Assembly (NCBI GenBank): GCA_965203295.1
Contig: CBDBCZ010000011.1
Location: forward strand, 128,001-192,000
DNA from: Nitrospirales bacterium
GTDB lineage: Bacteria > Nitrospirota > Nitrospiria > Nitrospirales > UBA8639
Reading direction: 5' to 3'
Length of the DNA stretch: 64,000 bases
Shown here: positions 23,438-52,902 of the stretch, piece after piece
Layout: each line of letters opens with the position of its first letter
Position numbering within the stretch: position 1 is the first letter of the stretch
The notes under the pieces: model-generated
The model's database searches: none
What the model was told of the DNA's origin: nothing
Seen by the model: only the letters and a program-made list of their open reading frames with translations
Made by a program: the position numbers and the translations under genes

Positions 23438-23827
23438 ATGCAAGCAAAAATCCTGCTAGCAATTGGTGTCCTGGTTGGAGTCCTCCTTGGTGCCCAGGCA
23501 GCCCTGACGGTGAGCTTAATATATACTCAACCCCCCCACAAATAGAATGCATGGGCTGATGTTCTTACGTAGCATGAATTAGTAATAAAATATTGTGCAG
23601 TGCTAGCCGGTTACTGCATACATGCACCCATTCTCTCCATACAGCCCAACGGATGTCTTTGCCCACATGCGTGTTTAGGGAAAATTGATTTATTAAATAA
23701 ATGGGTCAGGTGCGTTTGTGACGGAGGTATCTTATCATGTCCACACCACTGCTATTGCCCCACTGGATACAACCTGGTCTGTGATGACACCAAGTGCAGG
23801 TGTATAGACCCACCGGTACCTCACTGA
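23438..23827 (+). CDS. Small secreted cysteine-rich peptide, copy B (84 aa, 2 exons)
   Basis: Exon 23438-23509 MQAKILLAIGVLVGVLLGAQAALT; exon 23645-23827 PNGCLCPHACLGKIDLLNKWVRCVCDGGILSCPHHCYCPTGYNLVCDDTKCRCIDPPVPH*; 11 Cys. Confidence 0.85.
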
Positions 23828-25866
23828 AACAGATCCAGACCCTATGGCTGACTAAGAAGTGCTGCTGTTAAGTATAGATGAGTGACTGTACAGCATTATA
23901 ATTAACCAAATGCAATTTACTTTTTTGCGTAGTATTAGAAATAGCCCTGTTTTATGGTGTTTCATCTGTTAGCTACTACTGTTTAGTGTTTATTCTGACT
24001 CATATAGCATAGAAGGTAAACAAAATATTTTTGGAAAGCAACAATTATTGAAGTTACCATAAATATTCACTTTTCATTGAAAAATTGTTTTTCTGAAAAG
24101 AAAAGTACTCATAGGTATTGCTGGTGTAGTTTGTAAACCCCAAGTCAGAGCTTCAGAGGACACAAACAAGAGCAGCTAGAGATTGTATTATCCGGATTAC
24201 CATATAAATTCTTCATCCTTGAACCCTTCAAACCAGGAGCCCATAAAACAAGCGTGCTACGTATATACACCATTATTTAGAGCAGAGTACTCGAGTACTC
24301 CCAAAGCCATGTACTACACTTGCTCTGCCTGTCAACACTAACTGATGAGTGTTATCGGATAAGTTGTACAATAACTGTTCTTTGCAAGCCCGCTGCTTTG
24401 GTTGCATGGACCGCGCACAGGTGCAGTCAGCACCAGGCAAAGTAACCACCAGGCAAAGTAACTGCCAAATGCACTTGTGCGCATGCGTAGCTCCTCGTAA
24501 ATTAACGCTAAAAGAGGTTACCCCAACCGGAAGTGGAGAAATAATATTATTACAAAAAATCATTACTGTTTTGACGCTTATAGCTCAATAACGCGGCAAT
24601 GGAAGGCCACAAAAACTATGCATGCTAGAGTATGAAGACTGGAGAAAGCCCAGAAACAAGATTCAGTCAATGTGTGCAGTCTTTCTACCGTACAGGTTCT
24701 ATATCACTGACCAGCTCGAAACACATTCGTGGTAAATCCCTCCGAATCCAAGAGAAAGATACAGCTTAAAGCCACGGTTGTATCTGTAGGTTTATAGGGT
24801 ACACGCCCAGACATTGAGAATGAAGACTTATCGCCCTTTGTTTAATAGAGAGAAAAGTCGGCTCTGTGCGTTCCCGAGGTAGATCTTCTTTCTCTGGACA
24901 TGCAGGCTCTTTGGAAGGTATAGTGTAATACTAAAAACTGCGAATCAGACCTACAAGTAACTCGAGAGCCCTAGGATTTACCGCGACAGATTCTGCACTC
25001 TGTGCACTATTACGCCCTGGCTATACCGTATCGGATGATGTGGGCCGGCGACATTATCACATCCGGTTACGCTTATTCCCAATGAAGTACATATAACCTC
25101 TGGCCCGTGGCGGTATATCAGTGCGCGGTGCAAGAACCTGCAGAAAACAGGGTCTTACTTACTTATTTGATCGTGTTTGCCGAAGTGAAAAAGGGATCTG
25201 TCGTAGCTGAGAACTTGGCCGGCGAGGGTATGTATAATGATTCGTGTTTTGATGCATGCTTAGTCAACTGGGTAATCTGCATGTATGAAAATACCTTCTA
25301 CCTACATCTATGGTGTCACATCTATAGGCCAAATGCAATACATGTAGCAAAATTTTATAGCGAAACTATTGAAAGGACATCACCTTGGTAATTAACGCAA
25401 GAGAGCAATTATAATAGGTGGGTGAGTTTTGCATACAAGACTCAAATTATAGGCATATGGCACCTTTTGAACAAGTGCATAGAGCTAAGACTGCCACAGT
25501 ATTCAACGTATGCATGTATTAGTTACAGACAATCACTATTAGTATTAACAGTGTGGTATTAAACGAGCACTGATATGATCTTGTAATCAATAAGATAGAG
25601 AAGCCACTACTAATCGTAGTTGGCCAAAGTTGCAGTATTATATGTACGGAAGCATGCAATGTATGCTTGGGACTTGGGAGGTGATCGAGGTATGGTTAGT
25701 TTAAAACTATGCCATGCAAGCTAATACTAATATGTATACTAGCTTGAAAAATATTATTGTGAGTGTGCATGTATGTGTATAGGCTTTGAGTAGATTCCAG
25801 TTGTGAGAGTACATGGGAAGCTGAGTACAGGTGTGTGCTCTGTGGTCTAGGGTAGGGTATCATGTG

Positions 25867-26171
25867 AATGTGAGAATACATGGGGAACTCCCGGGGAAAG
25901 TCCAAAAGTTAGGGTGCAGTACCAACTCAGATAGTGACTGTAATAATGTTATCATGTCTTGTGCCCACAAACAATGTAAAGGTGGAGGCATGAGATTCAC
26001 TAGTCTGTCAGTAGTCATAATAAATGTGAGAATACGTGGGGAACTCCCAGGGAAAGTCCAAAAGTTAGGGTGCAGTACCAACTCAGATAGCGACTTTAAT
26101 AATGTTATCATGTCTTGTGCCCACAAACAATGTAAAGGTGGAGGCATGAGATTCACTAGTCTGTCTGCAGT
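25867..26171 (+). repeat. 156-bp tandem duplication
   Basis: aatgtgagaatac...actagtctgtc at 25867 and 26023. Confidence 0.9.
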
Positions 26172-26359
26172 GCTCATGCATACTGGCTTGGAAGGCATTG
26201 GCAGCTGTACGCATTTTACGCATGCATGTGGTTGAAGAAATTCACATCTAGGCTTGTAGAAATTCACATCTAGGCCGAGAACCATACATACATTCAGTGG
26301 GGTTCGCTCAGGCTCACCCCAATTATACTCTGGTGTAAGTTGTTTGCAGTAATGGAAAT

Positions 26360-26514
26360 TTAATGTAAATTACCATGGCAACCACTTTTCCCCACGCTTA
26401 TAGCACTCAAAGGAGGCCACATACAGGGATCATTGCTATACCAATGTACATTAAATCAGTTAAAGGTCAGTTCACCTCAGACTTTAAATTCCCCTCTCCC
26501 AAATTGACCTTTAA
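26360..26514 (+). mobile_element. Dispersed ~180-bp repeat ending in a TTAA-flanked palindromic MITE (Kolobok-like); copies at 27815-27994 and 52138-52318
   Basis: Shared taccatggcaaccacttttcccacg...; in the fuller copies ttaa-aggtcagtttgggtgagggg ... cccctcacccaaactgacct-ttaa (this copy has an internal deletion). Confidence 0.7.
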
Positions 26515-26749
26515 CTATTACTTATAGAGCAATCTCCAGTGATAAGCTTTAGATGCCCTTTTCTGAAGGAGGTAATCACTGCTTGACTCAGACTAATTAC
26601 TACTCTAGCCTTTTTACTGTCCATGCACAATGCACCAGATATAATTTTGGAAGGTCTAAGGTGCAATAGTATATGGTTTTAGTGTTTTGTCAATGTATCC
26701 TATGCAGGAAGATGGTCTAAGCCTTTTGGTTGTTGGATGCTCATGTGCA

Positions 26750-44782
<18,033 letters not shown>

Positions 44783-45079
44783 TTGACACATATATAGTTT
44801 TCGCCAATGTTCAGTAATTACAGCTGCTTCATAATATTATGATGTACAATGCATTGTATTGTGTTCTTAAAAAGTAATGTGTATGGTGGGTAAGAAGGAT
44901 AAGTCATTCAACAGTGTCCACAAACTGAGCCGCAGTGCTGCAATACAGGCTGTTGTAAAGGCTGTAATAGTGAGTATATAGATCTTAAACAGCCACTTTA
45001 GACTGCAACCGGCCATAATTTAAGCCACGACAGACCATGCTGTGTTAGTGCATTAACGTTAATATTACTACGTTGTTGC

Positions 45080-45760
45080 AAGGAATATGGTTGTGAGCAT
45101 TGTATGAAGTTCAACCTCAATAAGACTCAACGTATCTGCTTCAGACGGTTGGTGTCTCGCCTAACTTTTGTGTAATAAGTTTATCGTTGCTAGCCCTGTG
45201 GTACATCTACAGGATGAAGTTATTCACCTTGGTAATCTTTTAGACTATAGGCTGGATGATGGTGCAGATGTCTATTCGTCTTGCCAACATTACTCATTGA
45301 CAAGTTCGTTTTCTGGGTTTCAATCCAGATGTCGTCACTCGGCTAATCCAGGCATACTGTTCAGCCTTTTATGGAGCAGCCACTTGGTCTTTGAGCTGTA
45401 AAGCACTAAACAATTTGGAAGTTTCTATCAATACAGTTTGTATGACTGGTCTGGCGTTTACCCCAGCCTTCACATGTTAACTTGACTCACAAAGTTGCAG
45501 GTCTCTCTGGTAACTTTAATGTGGTTGCTAGTCGTTCTTGTAATTTACTTGAAGCAGCTGTTCGATTCCGCATTGTTGTTTCGGTCTTTTCTGAAGTGGC
45601 AACGAAGTATGATACTTCGATTGTATTTAACAGGTTATTTGGTGCCCAGTATTGTAGGGTATGTTCTGAAGAGGACAGAGCATTGTCTGGTCTTATTCGT
45701 GAGATTCGACTACTGAGGAACCTCATTGACAGATTCTCCATGGGGTGGCCATTGTTTATT
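45080..45760 (+). mobile_element. Degraded LINE ORF2 C-terminal fragment
   Basis: Remnants MKFNLNKTQRICF, VIHLGNLL, LEVSINTV, THKVAGLSGNFNVVASRS with frameshifts. Confidence 0.55.
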
Positions 45761-46671
45761 TTTCTATTGCTTAAAGATACTTTATTCCTACTACCTTCGT
45801 ACTCTGTGCCTATATTTGCCATGTTGCTCATAATAATTACTGTAGTTGAGCTGGTAGGCAAATGTATCAAGTTCCTTTGCTATAACTTTGAGATCCTTAA
45901 ACAAAAATCTTTTGTATCACAGCTGTTATATAATATGTATCTCATGGGGATAAGACATTTAGGCTAGTTTATATGTGTCTACTGAACTACATTAGCATAG
46001 CTCTATGCAGCCCTCATAGAGACTTAGGGTGGTCTTTATCTTGGCCATTGTCATGGCCTATATAGCTATCAGGGCTTGACAAATTTGAAAATAACCCTCC
46101 TATTTTTTTCAGGAGAAAGTTTGTATAAGGTTATTTGTGGTACATTCATTGGTGCGCATGTGCTCTATGACTTTGCAGATCAGCTTTCCAGAGTAGATGT
46201 AGAAACACAGAACCTCAACATCTATATCCAAGCATTCTCTTTGAACGTACTGCATGGTATAGCTCCACCAACCAAGTCTAGTCCAAAGTCAGGGGGTCCA
46301 TTTGTTAAGTCCAGCGTGCATTTGTTAATTAACAGGGATTCGTTTATTAATTATGCAGCACGGGTATGTCTCATCTGGAGACTTCTAGTTCCTGGTAGTA
46401 ATCATATTGTTAAGCCCACGTATGGTATTCAACTAGTGGTATGCCTTCTTTAATGTGGAGTTTGTTGGTTACCCCAACCTCATCCATATTTATTACAAAA
46501 TTTTTAATTAATCATACAACTAGCTTTCACAACAGTCTAAAAATCATGTGATTAATGTTTTCTATAATCATGAGTAAATAAAACTTAATGCTATTCATGA
46601 CCAACTGCATACCCAAGAATGTATTAATCACTGCCAATACCTTCTTAACAAGGATAATTTCTTGCCAACAG

Positions 46672-49600
46672 AGAAACATTCAGCCCCTCAATACAACAAA
46701 TGAAATTCTACATCCATCCCAGCAAGATGATGCAGCCCAGCATAGCCTCAATGTCCACCCTGGTTTCAAAGGGCCATGTGTTTCTAACCATTCTGAAGCA
46801 CTACAGGGAAGAGTGAGGATTTATTGGACTTTAGAGAGAAGACAAAGAAAACAAGCTGGTGAGATAGCTATATTGTGAATGAGACTTTTTGTAGTGTTTA
46901 CATACATATACAATCATAGCATTTGCGAGTAAGAAATCAATTTTTTAACACCAATAATCTGCTGCACAAATATATAAACTACCAGAAGTGGGCAAGATCG
47001 TTGATTGATCCTTCACACAGCTGATGTTTGTGGAAGTAATTGGGGCGGAGCCCCCCCCTTAGTGACTCTGGTTGCAATTCTGTCTGTACGGGTGCATGGT
47101 CTTATATACCGCAAATGCGTTGCCAGCCCTATTTCAACGTCGTCCATGTCCTACAGTCATGTGGCGACTGCTCCGCCTCCACAATGCACTGCATTTTATA
47201 TTATATAGCCTGTAAATTCAGACCAAGGTACATGTAGCTACATGTATGCTTGGAAAATAGTATGTGATGTTGGAGAGCAACCAGCTTTTTTTCATGGCTG
47301 GATTGTAAAACTCTCACTAACACTGCCATGAGGTGCTTTATTCCTAAACAACTAATAACAGCTGGATCAGGTACCGAATGTGGCAGAAAGGGTTTTGTAG
47401 CACCTTTGCATTACAATGTCAGCATACAGGGACACACATAGGGCCATTTTAGAACAATCCAAGCCAGTAAATGAGGAAAAGGAATTTGAAACTTAAACTC
47501 TGGATCTGCCTTGGCATGTGATCTGTCATTAGCCAGTAAGATTGCTTGCACACTAGCAATAGGGCATCCTGCCCAGTTGAGATAATTTATACATTCGTTG
47601 TTACAGTGCTAATTATGATTGCTGGTCTCTTTCATATGCAGTCAATTGCAGTGATTTCCAAAGTGATTTCAAGGACGATGTCTTATCTACCTGTGAGGTG
47701 TGTATTGATACAACATAACAAGTGTGTATTAAGCTATGTACTTGGTGTATGTATATTCCCCCTTCTAGGCTACAGCATTACGGCTAACGGCATTCAATAC
47801 GGTGTATCCTGGCCTATTGGCTGTATTCTCAGCACACCTATTCCACAAATGGGAGCAAGCTGACAAAAACAGAATATCTATTTCCCTTTTTGGTCACTTG
47901 GCATCTGGGAAAAGCATGCTGATGAATGCCATACTAACAGACAGGTGAGAATGTAACAACATGGTAGGAATATTGTGCGGGAATTTAGATTCAAGTCATA
48001 AGGAAACTTGAGGCTCTTAGTTTTGTCTGTCAGACCAACAAGAAAAATGCTCTGCATACATAAGTAGCTAGGCAATACATTTCAGTAGTCCTTCATTTAG
48101 CAGGCTACAAAATTTTATAATAATCTGGGCTGTTTTTTTTTGTGTGCTCTCCAGTGTGTTACCAATTGGGAAAACTGTCAAGTCTGTGGAGGTCCGAATC
48201 AGGAATAACAGTCAGGTTCACAAAGGTCAATGCCCAGAAAGCTCTGACGGCAAGGTACAGTAGTATTTTCCTCCAATATTTTCAGCAGTAACATTAACTG
48301 TGACTTCTTTTATAGACCTGCCCACAGTGTCCAGTATTACTGAAGTTAACTGGCACAGATGTGGTTGCAGGAGGGAGAGGAGCAAGCAACATAGCAAGGA
48401 TTCTTCAAGACATTGATGAACCACCGGTTGATATACCCAATGTACATATTTTGTGCATGGCTAAAGAGCATGTAGGATTCTGCATTGCTGCACGACTGAA
48501 TTTTCAACAGCATTCTGTGCCATGTAGTATAGCTGTTTGTAACTTTCTAGGCCATTACTCTTCGTTTGCACACTGTTCTTTTGCCTGGTACATAATGAGG
48601 CTTTGATAGTATTGTACAGTTGTATGCTAATGCTTTTGTTTGATGAAAGGATTAAATACTACTAGTACACTGCTTGCTTTAGTACAACCCAGGTACATCA
48701 CTTTGTTTCTATATTGATGGCACATACACTTTTCTTTTACTTCAGGTAGATGAAGCTAAACCCAGTTTTATCATTGAAGGCTTTGCACCCATACTGGATG
48801 CAGCATGCATCGCTCCATGGAAGGTGCACTTGGTTGAAAATGCAGGATATAAGCAGCTCAGAAACCACAAAGAAACCAAAAGGTTTAAACGTGAGGTGGA
48901 GGCAGCAAATGCATACGTCTTCACAATTCCATACAAAGACAGACGGAACGAAGTTCATTATGAGCTGCTGGGAAAATTAATTGAAGCTGATGAGTGTAAG
49001 TACCTAGTTGCTCATTAAGAGAATGCTTTTAAATAAATGCAGTAGGTGCACATGTGGAGTGAGAAATAGTTAATAGTTTTCAGTGTAATTTGTAAATGCA
49101 GAGATAGAAAGTATTGATGGTAACTTACTATCATGCCTATAGTAGGTTTTGCCCAAGCAGCCTTTCAACACATGCCCCCCCCCCCTCGAAGACTTCAAAA
49201 ACTATTACCAGAAAACAAGAGAATGAAAACACTCACACAAAAAAGTGTCATAATATCAGTTCAAGAAATCATTCGCCTAATCACTTCTTGATAAAAGAAT
49301 GACAAAGTCTATTTGCTGAGGAACTCCCTTACCATTTTAGCCAATTTTCAAAACTTCTGTCTCAGATTGGGCAGTGTGGCTAGCTTTCTATTCTCATCCT
49401 ATGCATGGGCTCTGCAATTACCAGCGTGTAGTTTATGCTATACATCGCGAATATATATTACCTGCTACTTTTTGCTTTTGTTCTTTACAGCTGTTTTCAG
49501 GGAGAACCGAATTACCATTGTAATTACCTACTTCGAGGAGTGGTATATTGATGATCAGCGCCCCACTGTCCAGGAAGTCAAAGATGATATTTGTTGCAGT

Positions 49601-51853
49601 ATCAAGGATAGAGTGGGTCAATGTCATATACCAGAAGATTGTCTTATTCCAGTGTGTGGAATGTGGGCAAACACTGCCCGGAGGCTCCAAAGTACACCTT
49701 CAGAGCGAACTGAAGCATCACTACAGTTAGAGCGGAAAGCAAGGCTCTACTGGAAGCTTTACAAGAAAGCTACTAGTGGTCGAGATGCAAATGAACGGTT
49801 ACAACCAGTGGAAATTGCAAGTAAACTGCTAGTTGCAAGTGGTATCAAGCATGTGGAGCAAAGGTACAGAACAGACACCCTATATGATATTAACAAACCT
49901 TTATGATATTAAACAAACCTTTATGATACTAACAAAATCAAACCTTTATGAAATGTATTTATGTTTAATTCCAGGGTCATGACTATGGCAGCAACTTGCA
50001 GTGAAGATTCAATTACTGTGCTCTGCAGTAACTTTAACCGGAGACTGAAAGAAGCAGCTGACTACTTGGACGCTTCCTCCACTGTGATTAAAGGATTTGA
50101 TGAAGGTACTATAGACTTCTACACTTACAGATGCAATCTCGCCATGAAGGTTGGAATTGTTCTATGGCTGCTGAAATTGTGGGGAGGCTGGTGTAGTCAT
50201 CAGAAAGTGAAAATAGCGGAATGCATGATTAAATCCATACTTTGATATTGCGTAAGTATTTTGCATATATACTTACTTTCAATTTTTCTACATCTGGCAT
50301 CATAATTGAATCATGTATTAATTGCTTCTCATGCCAGAAAAGAGAAGTGAATGCGCAGAGTTTGATACCTGCTATGCAACAATCACCACACATCGAGAGC
50401 AGCTCAGAGCCAAAGGAAATCCCGAGCATGTTTCGAAGAATATGCAGTGCCTCAAAAGTATTGAGGTAAAACAGTTCAATTGATATTAATTTAGTACATG
50501 TAGTGTCTATGAAACGTATAAACTCATCAACCAGCTGTGTTATAGGTTCTTCTATTTTTCTAAGTGTTAATATTCTTATCTTTGTACAATGAGTTTATTA
50601 ATTATATGGTCCCCATGCAGGAAATGGGAATGAGAAAATGCCAGGAAGTTTTGGCTCAAGTATCTGAAAGAGGTACGTACTCTACTTTGATCATGATACA
50701 TTGTGTTATCTGCTTATAATTGACTCAGAAGCTACTACAACTAATGTGTTAGAAAGAGTATTATTTTACATGCAGTACGGTTATTTTTCTATTGTGTATT
50801 TCCATGTGCAGATTTGCCCCGTTTACAGATAGTTTTAAACGAGAAACTGAATGATACAAGTGTGTTTCAGAGTGCCTGGGATATATGCTGTTCCCACTCA
50901 ACTGATGTTACCAAGATTCTGGAATCAATGCGAGAAACTGCCGCTCGTGTGGTCCAACCCAGATCTAGAGCTCGAACAATAGCCCTGCAAGCGACAGAAG
51001 CTGGGCAGGTGCCTGAGAATGACACTACTCCAACAGTACTCAATGCTAAAGGTTGGCAGTTTATTTGTTTTTGTTTTTTTTATTGACACAAGCTAATTAT
51101 TTATCTTTACCCTTAGAGTTTGTGGAAAGAATTCTAAGGAGTACTGGCTCTTTCAAAATTACTGAGAATATGAGAAGCACTCAGTAAGTGACATTCATAA
51201 TGTGTTGATCCCTCACACTGAAACTTATATATTGCATGCATCCTAGTCCAGCTAGTGGTAGTTTGTTGTTGTTGTTTTTTTAAGGGGGGAGGGCATTGAA
51301 AACTATTTGAATACACTAGTTGCAGAAAGTCAAAATGTCCGAGGTTAGATATGTTTTGCTTTATACAGAGGTGACCAGTTCAAAGAAAGAATTCTTGAGA
51401 ACTTCAGAGGCCACATACAAATTGTGGCACAATATACTCTTCAGGTATATAGTTTTTTTCTGTATAATATTTATAATACAGCTCCAGTCACTATTCTTTT
51501 CAATGATACTGTAGCACATGAAAAAATACTGCCTCACTGTGGTGGAAAATGCCATACACGGTTTTGAGATTGAGTTTGAAGAGAGTTTAAATCAGAGAAA
51601 TGAAGAAACAGAAATGGTTAGTTTTGCTTTATTGCCGAATGTATGATGTGATGTATTTCAAGCTGACGTATACATATGCATGTCTGTACTGTAGTTGAAG
51701 TCTGAGACCCAAAAGTGGTCTAGTGAAGCACAAAAAATTGAAGAATACCGAGACCATCTGTGCAGGCTGAGAAAACACCTTGAAGGGAAAGCCAAAGAAT
51801 GCAGATTGCAATGGGAAGCAAAGAGAAGAAATAACCCTAAGCTTCGTGTATGA
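46672..51853 (+). CDS. Dynamin-like GTPase paralogue 2 with degenerate G2-G4 motifs, at least 15 exons (5' end not located)
   Basis: Phase-compatible exons ~46672-46858, 47642-47697, 47769-47944 (G1 LFGHLASGKSMLMNAIL), 48155-48254, 48316-48441, 48746-48995 (G3 position LVENAGY), 49491-49863 (G4 position ITYFE; SGIKHVEQR), 49975-50104, 50338-50465, 50621-50672, 50812-51051, 51117-51183, 51368-51444, 51515-51616, 51695-51853 (TGA). Confidence 0.8.
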
Positions 51854-52402
51854 GAATTCTAGATAGTGTTAACCTGTGATTTGAAGTTAAATCACTGTAT
51901 GTGCAGTTGATTATGTAAGTAGTTAAGCGATTCTTCTAAAACTCTATGTATAATGGAGCCTTGTTTTAGATTTTGTACCATACCTGTATACAGCTGCTGC
52001 CATAGTTTTTTGGTAGCATTTCATTTGTGTGAAACTGAACTAGCCAGCTACATTGTATGTATATATAGTGTAGCCCCTTGGGCATGTAGTTACAAAAGAG
52101 CTTGTATATTATGTATTATGCTGCTATGATACATACATTAATGTACATTACCATGGCAACCACTTTTCCCACGTTTATAGCACTCAAAGGAGGCCACATA
52201 CAGGGATCATTGCTATACCAATGTACTTTAAATCAGTTAAAGGTCAGTTTGGGTGAGGGGTTAAACTCCTTGCCTTCGCCTCGGACTTTAAATTCCCCTT
52301 ACCCAAACTGATCTTTAATTATTGCCGAGCGCCTTAGCGCGAGGCAACTAATCGTGCAGCGCGTCAGCTTCCGTTTGTATATATATATATATATATATGT
52401 AT

Positions 52403-52890
52403 AATTAATAGCATGGCTTCGAGTGCAATTAGGGATTAATAGCACGAGTGAGTGGCATTAACTAGGTTTTAAATTGCACGAGGCGAAGCCGAGTGCTATT
52501 TGCCTAGTTGATGCCACTCACAAGTGCTATTAATCCCTATTTGCACGAGAAACCATGCTATTATTTGTTAATCACGTAATTCGTCATCGAAAGGTAGGCG
52601 GGGCTTTTACAAGCTCGTCATCACCGACCCATACCTGCGAGAGAGACGAATCTCTATGCCGTTGCTCTACTAACGTTTCTATGCCCATAGGCCCGGGTTG
52701 CATAAATTTCTGGCCAATCAAATTGCTATTACAAATTTTGCACACTTATTGCCCAATAGTATCGCTATTTCAGTTTTGCACACTTTTGCGTACAAGAAAA
52801 CATGATTTGAATACAAGAAAACACAAATACAAGATATATTGCACACTTGTCTATGTAGTTTTAGTACAGTACAATAACAAGTACATGATT
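52403..52890. mobile_element. Palindrome-headed element inserted in (TA)n
   Basis: Long inverted arms (~52405-52562) around cacgaggcgaagccgagtg; flanked by TA runs. Confidence 0.5.
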
Positions 52891-52902
52891 AATATATATA
52901 TC

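Larger units (their letters stand above)
17708..24346 (+). repeat. Segmental duplication, copy B
   Basis: See copy A. Lacks the HINE, has a 480-bp triplication, an extra 327 bp and 8 VNTR units. Confidence 0.95.

Noticed and set aside
24350..25395. Possible non-autonomous DNA transposon
   Set aside because: Composition looks TE-like but I could not define TIRs or a TSD.
25831..26285. ORFs with 52-aa repeats on both strands
   Set aside because: Explained by the 156-bp tandem duplication; no recognisable motif or splice context.
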